Shown here: in pieces, positions 37,825 to 49,800 of the stretch
Layout: each line of letters starts with the position of its first letter
How positions within the stretch are numbered: position 1 is the stretch's first letter
Source of the DNA: Candidatus Omnitrophota bacterium
Lineage (GTDB): Bacteria > Omnitrophota > Gorgyraeia > Tantalellales > Tantalellaceae
Length of the DNA stretch: 64,000 bases
Assembly: GCA_015231405.1 (NCBI GenBank)
Contig: JADGBR010000003.1
Coordinates: 93,549-157,548 of the forward strand
Direction: 5' to 3'
Made by a program: the position numbers and the translations under genes
Notes under the pieces: model-generated
Seen by the model: the letters and a program-made list of their open reading frames with translations, nothing else
Database searches by the model: none
What the model was told of the DNA's origin: nothing

Positions 37825-40800
37825 ATGAATAACTTTAATAAACAATTAATACTAAGAATTATCTCCTTGTCCACCGCTATCGTATTTCTGTTCCAGAGTA
37901 CGGTATACGGGGAAGCTCCGGCAATTACGGAAAGGTCGATAGAAAAGATAATTATCCCGGGGGAACTGGCTTCTGTGAAAAGCTCGAGCTTCACGGGGGG
38001 CGGGGATATTATCGTCCATATACAGGACGCGCATTGCGATCTTAACGGACAGCTTGCCATATCCAAAATACTTGAATATCTGGAAAAGAGATACGCCCTT
38101 AAGGATATTTATCTTGAAGGAGGGTCCGGAGGGTATGACCTTTCGATATTTAAAAGCATAGCGGATACCGGTGTCAGGCGGCAGGTTTCGGAAAAGTTCC
38201 TTGCTATGGGAGAGATAAGTGCGGCGGAATATTACGCAGTGAACGCGGATATAGCGCCTCTCCTTCAAGGCGTCGAGGACCCTGAACTGTATATCAGGAA
38301 CCTCGACGTATACAGGGGATCAAAGCTATATCGTGATAAAGCCCTGGAAATAGTGAACGCGGCCGGCAAGCGTTTGGACGAGCTCAAAACCCGGATAATG
38401 GGAAAAGAGCTTTTGGAACTGGAAACAAAATACGCCGCTTATTCGAACGATTCTCTTAAGATCAGGGATTACCTGGCATATCTATTCGTCGCAGCCGCTA
38501 AAACCGGATGCGATATCGGCGGTCTTCCGGAAGGGATATCACGATTGAAGAGCGTTCTCGACTCTGAGGAAAAAGTCAATTTCGGCAAGGCCGAAATTGA
38601 CCGGGAAAAGCTTTTGGGCATTCTTTTGGCGAGGTTGCCAGAGACGCGGAAAGAAGATCTTGTAAGGATGGTAGTCGCCTTCAAGCGCGGGGAGATATCG
38701 GGAGCGGAGTTTTACGGGTACCTTACAAAGAGAGCCGAAGAATCCGGCGTGGACGTCTCGTCCCAAATGAAAGATCTCGTGGCCTATGCCGGGTATGTCA
38801 GGGATTACGCCGAAATAGACAGGTCTTCGATCATGGACGGTATCGAGGCTCTTAAGACCGCTATATCCGAAAAATTTATTACCCGGGATGAAGAAAGAAC
38901 GCTTATCCGGCTCGATGAAGGGTTCGGGATGATCAAAAAGATATTCAATTTCAGCGTAACGAGCTCGGAATACAAAAAAGCCCTTAGTATGGATATCGCT
39001 GAGATGTATGGGGAGCTAGAGGCGCTTAACGGGAAGGGAGAGAACTCCGTGGACGCTCCGGAGCTTAAAGACTATTTCGATAGGATCAAGCCTTTTTATG
39101 AACACTCACTTCGAAGGGATGAGGTATTCATTGGCAATATACCCAGTGGGAACAAAGGCTCAGCCCCCCGCGTCATCGCTCTCGTTACCGGAGGGTTCCA
39201 TTCGGAAAACCTGTATGAGTTATTCAAAAAAAGAGGGTTTTCATATATTTCTGTCATACCTGAATTTTCGATATCCGAAGGTGAGAACCGCTATTTTGAT
39301 ATCCTTTCGGGCGAACAGTGCGGGCTTTCAAAAAGGATAAGTGCGGCCGTATCGTCTCTTCAGGTGGCGAGCAAATTGAACTTAGGGCTTGGAACAAAAA
39401 TATGGGGCGAGAGGGGCATCGAGGATTTCGAGGCGGCGCTGTATACGGAAGCGCTGGCCGAAAGCGGGTACAGGGTAGAGATAACGGATGAAAGCACCGG
39501 GGAGGTCGTATTCTCTAACGGGGACGAAAAAAACACCCTAATAAAGATCGGCAAAAACCGATTTTTATCGGACGTCCATCAAGAGTTCATCGATAAGGTC
39601 ATGACGGAAGACGAGAAGAATTACCGTGACCTTAACCCTATGGAAAGAAGCGCGGCCGAAAGGGCAGTTAGAGATATTATCGCGATAATGCCGGATACCA
39701 CGACACAGGATAGATCGGCCCGGTCGTCAGTTGAGGGACTGCTTGGGGTTAAGGCGCTTACCGGAAAAGAAGGCATCCGCGTATCGCTGAAACTTGAAGA
39801 AAGTAGACGCGACGGGCATGCCGGGGGCTGGGGAATAAGGATACGTGAGGAGCTCACCGACGAAGACGCGGTCTATAAAGTGATAAGGCATGAGATCCTT
39901 GCGGGGTTACTCAGGAATCACTCTATGGTCGGGGCGGTCGAAGGGTTTATGGATACGGATGAAACCCAAAGCGCCAGGGCATTCATGGCCGACGCGGAGA
40001 ACCGGCATGAAGGGATGAATGCCCTGTGGGATATCGAAGACAACGCGCGGCATAACATCGAAAGGGATCATTCGACTAAGGGCGGCGAAAAAGAGATAAA
40101 GGACGAGGATGTGCGTGAAATACTCGCCGAAAGGAAGTTCCTTGAACCGTCCGAAAGAGAAGAGCTGGTCAGGTTCATTATGGGATTTCATAAAGATTAT
40201 GACAAATACCTGAGCGTGATGAGGTCGAATAGCCCGGATCCTGCTAGATATAAAATATCTATCAGGGAGATAAAACGGTTCGCCGTGGAGGTCGAGAGGA
40301 TATTTAAAAAAGTGCTGAGCGAGAAAGAGACACGCGTGGAAGCGCTTAGTGTCGCCCGCGGGCAGTCTCTTTTTAATGTATACCTGGATTTTGTGGCCGG
40401 TGACGAAATAGTGGAGGCGAATAGGCGTACAGGGTATAAATTCCCTGATGTGGAATTGGGAGTGTGGAGTCAGAACCTTATCACGAGCTATGGGGCAGCT
40501 GATCGTTATTATGTAGATGGCCTCGCGAGAAAAGGCGAACAATTCGATACTAATATTTTCCAGAACACTGAGAGGAAACTGGGATACGCCCTGGAAAGCG
40601 GCATGCCGTCGCTTTTTATCAAGAACGATAACTCCCTTGGGGCCTTCGAGCAAGCGCTTTCAAAATATGTTTCCGAGAACAACGCCGAACTCCATTCCAT
40701 GCAGTGCACCCCATACAGCGACACGACCCAGCTCCTTGGCGGATATGTCCCCCGGGAAAGGGTGAATAAGGGCGAGGCGTACAAAATAATAGAGGGGATA

Positions 40801-43800
40801 ATAGGGGATGACGCCGAGATACGCGGAATACTCGAAAAACTCCTTTCGAGAGAACCCCTCGATAAGGAAATACGGGATTTTAAGGAACTATACGCTAAAA
40901 AAGAAGCCGACGGGTTAATTATAGCCGCGGCGATGGTCAAAAAGAACCCGGATAACTGGCGGAAGAAGCTGGTTTACGAAAAGGGGCTATTGGCCCGTAT
41001 CATCGAAAAATGCAATAAGGAGGGTGGTAAGACATTTATCCTTAACCTTGAGAACGTCGAGGCCCTGCCCGGGAGGGTGCGAGCCCAGCTTAATACGTTC
41101 CTACTTAACGGCGAAATGAGAGTTCCCGGGGCGGACTCGGAAGAGATGCGAAAACTGGTCATGCCGTCTAACCTCAGGATAATAGCGACGATGGGCGAAG
41201 GGTCGGTCCTCGAGGACGGAGCTTTTTATGACAGGTTCGTGAGGAAAAGCGTCGGCGAATGCGATCCCGGAGATCTCAGGGAAGCTATCGAGCGGGACTA
41301 TCCCGGCTTTCCGGAAAGCGTTGTCAAATTGCTCATAATAACATATCACAAATTCAGGGAAAAAGGGATCGAATGCACTGCCAGGGATTTTTTGAATATC
41401 TCGGGTTATGTGTACGGGAGAGCGAAAAACGGGAGTGTCCAAAAAATGTTCAAAGCAGCGGTGGAGGAGATCATCGGCTATTTTACCGTAAGGGACGAAA
41501 ACAGGTATTCATTCACCGATTACGCCGTGGAAATAGAAGCGGCGGCCGAAAATAGCTTTGACGCAAATTTTCTCAGGAAAGTCGGCCCGTCCATCAGGGA
41601 GATGGACCCGTTTGAGATAAAGATAGAATATTCCAAGGGAAGAAAAGAGCTGGTGGTGAACGGGATAGGCCTCCCGGTCAGAAAGGAGATGGGGTCTGCC
41701 ATGCAAGGGGTCATAGACGCCATGAATAAAGCGTCGGAAGGGTTGCCTGAAGAGTTGGCGATAAAACAGGCCCTTGTTGACGAGCTGGATTTTGTGCTCA
41801 CAAAAGATTCAAAAAAGATGTTATGGGCCGTCGCGCGCGCGTATAAGTACGGCAACGGTTTCGTCTGCCTCGAGGGTGTTACCGGAGCAGGTAAGACTTA
41901 TACCGCCGAGATGCTGAGTAAACTCATAGATTTCAAGCGTCCCCAAGGTGAAAGCCGTTTTTACTCCGAACCCGTCGACGCCCAGACGAAAATATCCAGG
42001 TATGTCGGCATGTTCAGGACGGATGAATACGGCTACTATTCGCTCGATAAGACAACCCCTTTCCTCGATATCATAGAGAACGGCGGCGTCGCGGCCATAT
42101 CCGAGATGAACACGGCCGTCAAGGACGACTACGCCAAGCTCGGCTGGTGGTTCAACCAGTTCGCCCGCGGCGACGAAGTCATTTCATTGACGGAATACCC
42201 GGGTTACGGCCCTCTCGGGGCGATGAGCCGTACGGTGAAGAGAAACCCGAGATGTATAGTGATCGTCGACATCAACCCCGAGGATTATGAGGCGAGGGGA
42301 AAACTTCCGGAGGAATTGAGGTCTTATGCCCAAAGGGTATCGGTATCCAAGACCGAAAATAAAGATGACCTTGAATTCGCCGCGTGGGCCTTTCTTAAAC
42401 AGATAACGGATGATAGGAAACGCTGGGCCATTGCTAAACAATTAGCTCTTTATCATCAGGCGCTGGAGGCTGAAGTGATAGCCGCCAATGGAAGAGGTGA
42501 AAGGCATCCGCCGTTAAGTTTCAGGGAGCTTAAAAGGATTTGTAAGGGCGTGAATAATGACTCTGACGTCTTTGCCGCTATAAAAGATGTAAGGGCCCTG
42601 ATCGGGAAGTACTATATCCCGGCGTTCAGGTCAAAAGAAAAACAAGCTGAACTGAGAGACCAGTTCGGAATAAAGGACTATAGCCCTGAAAAAGTGGTAG
42701 AAGAGCTTATTCTCGCTCCGGCCGGAGAAAGGTCCCCTCCGGCGATGGTATTTACATCCGCCGAAGACGATCCGATGGCGGAGCTTGATACCATTACAAA
42801 AGATAAGGACATGGTCACCGTTGAAAAGACTTTGATCACACTTTTTATCGACGAGTTTAAACTTTTGGGCGGATATGTGCCGGTCTCTAACGACTTAACC
42901 CCTGAAAAAGCGGCTGAGCGCATCGGCGTATACTCGAAAGAAGCTCCGGAAAATATAGGATATCTGGGGGAACTATTTCAGGAAATCGCCCAAAAACCTC
43001 TTCCCGCAGATCTGGAACAACTTACCCATCCTGAAGTGCTGAGTCTCGCCGCTGCCCTGGATTCGCTCCGAAACGGCCGTGACTGGCGCGAAAAACTGCG
43101 TTGGGAAAGAGGGATAATACCTCGTCTGATGAAAGAAGCGAGAGAAAACCCAACCAGGACATACATTCTCGCCCTCGAGAATTTTCACAGGATCCGCCCG
43201 GGCGTGGCCGTAGCCTTGAACAGCATCCTCCAGGAAGGCGAATATTACGACCCGGTCTCGAAAAAGAAAGAGACCGTTCCGCCTAACCTCAGGTTCTACG
43301 CGACCGCGATAGAGGAAGCCGAGCTCCCCATATCCATGGCGGAGGAATCGAGGTGGGTGAGGATACATAAGGGGATGAAAACTCAGGGTGAAAAGAAAAG
43401 TGAATTGATCGAATATGCCCGGAAACTCGTTTTGGAAAAGATCAACGCCGGGGAACTACAGTTTGTCGGTAATTATTCCCCCATTGGGTTTACTCGTAGT
43501 GAACAGGCTTTAACCGTGTCTGAAACGATCGTCAGTTCCATCGGAGATGAATTCTTGGAGCTATTCAATGTACCGCAACATAAGGAATACATAGATTCCG
43601 TTATAAACCAGGCTTTTTCTGAAGGGCCGGTAACTACCTCTGAGAGGTGGATTTATGCCCAAAGAATGAGCAAGTATTTGGTATATGGGGCTGCGATGAA
43701 AGCATCTGATAAAGCGGAACATTTTGAAAAAGGTAAACCTTCGCTATGTCCGAGATTATCCGAAAAGGATCAAGACATAAATCTATACGCCATTAAAATG

Positions 43801-46800
43801 TCCAAGAGAAGGATGGAGTGGCGTATTTATGCCGAATTCATCGAATTGTTCGATAGGAACTTTTTCGATTACATAAGCGAAATAAAAGATATGATGTCCA
43901 TGCCTGATATTCTTGCTTGCGTAGACGGGATAATTGAAGAATACGCTGAATATCATGAAAGTCTGAAACCCGGTATGGTCATTGGTAACTATGATTTATT
44001 GCAGAAAATATCGTTAAGGCAGATCAATAAATACATAAGCCGCAACTGTTTTGATAATAATCTTGCTGATAAAACCCCTATGGCAGGCTCGACAGCTAAT
44101 CTCCTCGAAGAAGTCGACGAACTCGTCGAGATCGAAGCCGCTACCTTCCAGGCTTTCAAGAACGGCAAAGTCGTCATTTACGAAGGCGCTCCCGGCGGCG
44201 GCAAGACCGACATGGGTATAGACGTAGCGAACCGCATGGGCCTTAAGAACTTCGTCTATTCCTGCCATGGGAGAGTTCACTCATCTGACCTTCTCGGCGG
44301 GTTCAGACAGGACAAAAGGGGCAATTTCATTTTTACCGGCGAGCCGGACGACGCCGGCAATTTTAAATATAACCCGTTCCTCCAAATGCTCACCCACGGA
44401 GGCGTATTCATATTCGACGAAGGGGCCATAGGCAAAAGGTCACAGGAACTTCTCAGTCTCCTCTCTGGCATCGCGAGGGGCGATAAAGACTTCTTCGTTA
44501 ACGAGCTCCCCGGAAAACCGGCGAGAAAACTTGAGGTCCATAAAGATTTTCACATAATAATTACGATGAACCCCGCCGAAGATACTCCCGGCCGCGAGCC
44601 ACTGCCGCTCGAACTCTATAACCACGCGAGAAGGATCTGGGTGCCGGGGAAAATGTCGGAAGAGTCTTACCGGAAGATAATCACGCGCTTCTTCAAAGAC
44701 GCTTGCGCCAGAAATAAAGTAAACCCTGAGGATATCTTCGCCTCCAACGAAAAAAGCCGCAAAATGTTCTCGGACCTCATAACCGAGATCCATTTCATCA
44801 TCAACGAAATGGTAGGCGAAAGCGTGAGCCTTGAAGAGAGCACAAACCTTCATCTTCTTACACTCAGAGATATGAAGAAACTGGTTAAAGACTTCGTGAA
44901 ACTCTACGCCGCCGGGGTGGATAAAACGGAAGCGCTGAGGCTAGCCATAAGAACAGAATACTTAAGTCAGTTCGACGCGAGATCCGACCGCAACCTCATC
45001 AAGCTCCGTCTCGACGGTACTTTCCTCGGCGCCGGCAAAAAGGAGATGGCCGACCAATTCCAAACCGAAAAAATATACCTGGGGACGGTGATATCGACCA
45101 TGGGGAAACCAGTCGACCCGGAGACGCTTAAGCTGATAGACAGGAAACGGCAAAAACAAGGTGAGCTGCAAACTCCCGGAATGAGGACGGAAAAACCATT
45201 ATCTCCATTTGAGCCCGGTAATGTTGCCCGCCTCCCCGGCGACGTTTTAAAGAAGCCCGCCAGATTCGCGAAAGACTGGCGGGAGATAAATGGGGATCCG
45301 GGTATCGATCAGGGACGGGAACGGGGGACGGTCGAGGTGGCCGAAGAGAAGTCTTTGGCGCTTTTTGACAGGTTCAGCCCTACCGACGGTGAAGCGGTCT
45401 ATTGGAAGGAAACAGCGAAGGATCGTATAGCCACACCCCAGACCGTTGTTCCGCTAGAAGGCCCGGGTGAACTACCAGCCGATCTGGATACCCGAATGGC
45501 ATTCGAGCAAAAAGCCTTTACCTATAGTGAGACTGTTCCCGAGATCATCGCGGGAAAGTTGGGCGAGGGTAAGGGCGTTATGAACGCTTTATACTCCGAA
45601 TGGTCAATTACGGAACTTTACAAGACATTGAAGATTGGAGATAAGCGTGTTACGGGTATAGAGGTAATAGAGATCGGAGGCGAAGAATGCCTGGTCACAT
45701 CGGCCGGTAAGGCTGTTCAGGTGTGGCGGAAGACGCCCTCGGGATGGGATGTAACGACGCTTCTCGGGAGTACCCGGGGTATCAACGTTTTAAGAACGAT
45801 AAAGCGCGGCGGTAAAACATGCATAGTGACAGGTTCTGTCTCTGGTCTAGTGATGATGTGGGAACCGGACGGAGGCGGGTGGAAAGCTACTCGGTTATAC
45901 GGCTATGCCGGCAATGACGTAACAGCTTTAGCCGTTATGAGGAGAGTTGTCGACGGAGAGGAAAAAGAATGCCTGGTTACCGGCGGAAGTGACGGGAAGA
46001 TCTATCTATACGAGGAAGGTAAAGACGGGTGGGGATACACTTGTTTTAAAGTGGGATCGGAGCCTATACTCAGTCTGGAAGTCATGAAATTTAAAGACAA
46101 GGGTAACAGTATTGTAGCGGCCGGCGGATACGGTACCGTAAAGGCTCTATATTCTCCTGGCGGGAATGACTGGGCCGGGGAGTATGTTTTCAGCGAGAGG
46201 TGGTCTACGGGATCTTTTATCTGCCCCGATAAAACTGAGAACGGAACGTTTTTTACGAGCGGGTACGTCGATAATGTGACGGATATGTCGGGTGTCTGGC
46301 GCTTCGAGCCGGGCGCGACGGACAATGCGGGTGTTATTTACGACGCACATGCTAAAGGAGCCGTCCGGGACATGAAAGGATTCGGGCTTAACGGTGAAAA
46401 TATGTACGTTTCGGCGGGTCTTGACGGTAGGATCATATTATGGAAAGAGGCAAAAGAGAAACCCGCTTCCGGTGAACAGCCGTCGCTTATGCCGATAAAC
46501 GTCCTCTTTGAAAAAGAAGACGTAAAGTTCAATAAACTCCTGGTCACCGACATCGAGATAGGAGGTAAATCACGGAAATGCGTCCTCGCCGGGACCACGA
46601 CCGGCGAGGTCATGATCTTCAACCTCGAGCAGGAGAAGTATATCGAGGAGAACAAGCGGCGCCTCGCTCCGGAGGATCCGGAAGCCGCTCTGCCCGTGCC
46701 GGAAAAGCCCGAACTCCCGTACGGTTTGGGCGAAGAAGCTATTTTCAGGCCTACTGAATTCGCGGATGCGGGGCGGATATTCGATAGGGAGATAACGGGG

Positions 46801-49800
46801 GATGAGATAGACGCGATGAGTGCCGGACTGGTCGCGAAGGCCGGGCGAATGGTGTCGAAAGAGGTCCCTTCAAGAAGCGTAACGGGCGGAGCGGATATGC
46901 CCCGTCAAAAAGACATTGCATGCTATAAAACTGACGAATTCGAGGATGCTTTAGGTGCTCCTGTGGAAGAGAAAGCGTCCTTTTCTGATATGCCGGATGA
47001 CATGGAAGGGTTAATGGATGGAGAGAAATACTTCATGTATATTGAGCGGAATAAATACGCGGACGTCTTGAAAAATACGACTTTTAGACAAAAAGATAAA
47101 AGATTAAGCGAGCTGATCAATAAAATAGACCTGAAATGCAAAGTTAGCGGCATCAAGGTGTTTAAGGTCGGGAGCAAAGAGTGTATCGCTTATAGCGATT
47201 ATAACGGATGGTTAAGGATAATCGATTTCTCTACAGGGACGGTGCTGAACATAAAAGCCAATTCATCGATCATTTGCGGTATTTACAGCATGGAAATATT
47301 ACAACACGGAGATGAGACCGTCATAGTTACCTCCGGCGAGAAGAATAAACTTCGCAGATGGTCGATGACTGAAAAAGGGCTTACCGAAGGGAAAGTCACC
47401 GTCAGGAGTATGGATATATATACAGGGGAAATACCGATACGCAAAATGCGAAAGGGCGGGAAAGAATGTATCGTTGTCTGCGGAAGGGACAATACGATAA
47501 TGATCATTGAAGAGTTCGTTCAAGAAGATAATGCCGGGCGTGTAGTGGATAAGATAAAACGAACGATACTCGCGTCCAGGAATTGGCAGCTTAATCGTTT
47601 TTCTGTTTTGGAAGAGCTTGACGGTAACGACAGTATTGTCGCTTCTCATTCGACTCACACCGGGCAGCCTGACGGGGCTGACGCGTTGTGTCTGTGGAGT
47701 AATACCGGGGACGGATGGGATATGAAAATGATCGAGCCGGTGGATGGTTCGGGGAATGAAGTTAAAAGGCAAAATGATGTCCCGTTCATCGAGGGTGAAG
47801 AATGCCAGCTCCTGGACACGATATCGCTTTCCGGGGGTGGCAATAACTTGATAGTTACGGCTCCCAAGGATCCGGGCAATGAGATACTCGCTAAACATCT
47901 CAGGATATACAAAATGGACGGGAAAAGCGGTTGGGAAGTAATGAATTTATACGGTGTATTTGAAGGATACACAGCTCCCTCGGGACGTGATCTGATCGGA
48001 AAGGTTCAAAATGTGAAAACAGTCAAAGCCGGCGGGAGATCGTACGTTTTGATCAACGATATTCTTCAAAATCTGAGAGTTTGTGATTTTGCCTCGAATA
48101 CGGTCAGAATTTTGGAAATAGTCGATGAAGATCAGCTACATTGGAATTCAATAGTAGGAGCCGAGGGAATGGAGACGGGGGGATTATTAGTGACTTGTTC
48201 GAATGGAGGCGAACTGAAATTCTGGGACTTAAACCTTCAAGATAAAATAAAATACGAGAAAGTTGCCGTCGCGGCTGCGAAGTCGGGGTCGGGTGAGGGT
48301 GATGCCTTTCCTTCTCCTTCCGATGAAGCGTATCCCGAGATCGAGCTTCCGGAAGAGCCGGCTATTAACGAGACGCGTCTTGCGCTGAAACTTTCCGGGC
48401 GGGTGCTGCTTATCGCGCAGCCGGGGGCTAGGGAGAAGGTTATCGTTGATGAATCGGCGAAGCGCGAAGGGATAAAGGACGTGTATTCCATTGAAGGCAG
48501 TCCGTCGCTCACCGTTTTCGATATGTTCGGCGGGCTTTTTCCTCTGCTTGAGGGTGAGGAAAGGCCGTCCGGGGAGGATCTGGTCTTTAAAAAAGGATTT
48601 TTCACAAGGCACATGATCACCGAGGAGGAATATCTTAGGGATTACGGCGAGGATGACGAGCCCCGGCTTCTTGTCATACACAATATTGACGCCGTGCCCG
48701 AGAAAGTCAGGGCGGCGGTCAATAATCTTCTCCTTAACGGCTTCATAGAGATACCCGGCGAGGGTGAGAACGGCCGGCTTTATCTTCCGGAGAACATAAA
48801 GATCATAGCCACGATAAACGCTAACAGCCAGCGGGATTTCTCGAGCGCTTTCCCAAACAGGTTTACCCGGGTCAACGCATCGGAAATGGAAACGTCGCCT
48901 TACTGGCTTAGCCAGTTCGTTCAATATGTGATGAGGGTTTACGGGTTCGATAATGAGCTGGCCGGAAGCATCGAGATGGTGCATTGCATGATAAAAAGGC
49001 TGGAGGACGGAGGCAGTTTCTGGCCTTCGGGTTACGTGTACGGGTTCACGGTCAAAGACGCTTTGACGGCGGCGAAATTCATTTCGCTCGGGCTAAAAGA
49101 AAGGGCAATGTTAGGGCAGGCTGTTACTAAGAAGGATGAGACGGAAATAGCCGTAAGGGAGATCATCAGGGCTTACGGTTTACGTCTTAAACAGAGCGAT
49201 AAAGATTATGACAATTTTGTGGACCTGATCCTGAAGAGGATATTCGACCACGATAAAGATATGGTCGACGCCGTTTCGGGCGAGATAAGGATATCCGGCG
49301 GGAAATTGTCATCCATATCGGATATCCCGGTGAACCCGACCCAGAAAGGTAAACACCCGTACGCGATAGACAAGAATTACAGGCTGACCATGGTGAAAAG
49401 CATCGTCCGTACCATATCCGGCGTTCTACGCGGATTCCAGGCCGGGAAGATCGTCTCCCTGACCGGCGAAACCGGCGTCGCCAAGACCACGATAGGAGTC
49501 GCGCTCGCTGAAAGCCTGGGGATGGATAGCTATGTCTTCAGCATGCATAAAGATGTTAAGTCTTACGATTTTACGGCAGGTATCAGGGCGACAGATGCCG
49601 GTCAGTACCGGCTTGACTTGTCGGATTTCGCCGAAAAATTAAAGTCCGGGAACACCGTCCTTGTTGTCGACGAAGCTAACATTAAACCCGAGATATTATG
49701 GATACTCTCAGGGATCGCCCGCGGCGAGAGGAAATTCTCCATCGAAGTGCCCGGAGAAAAGCCTATAGAATTCCGGCTCGGAGATAACATATATATCCTC

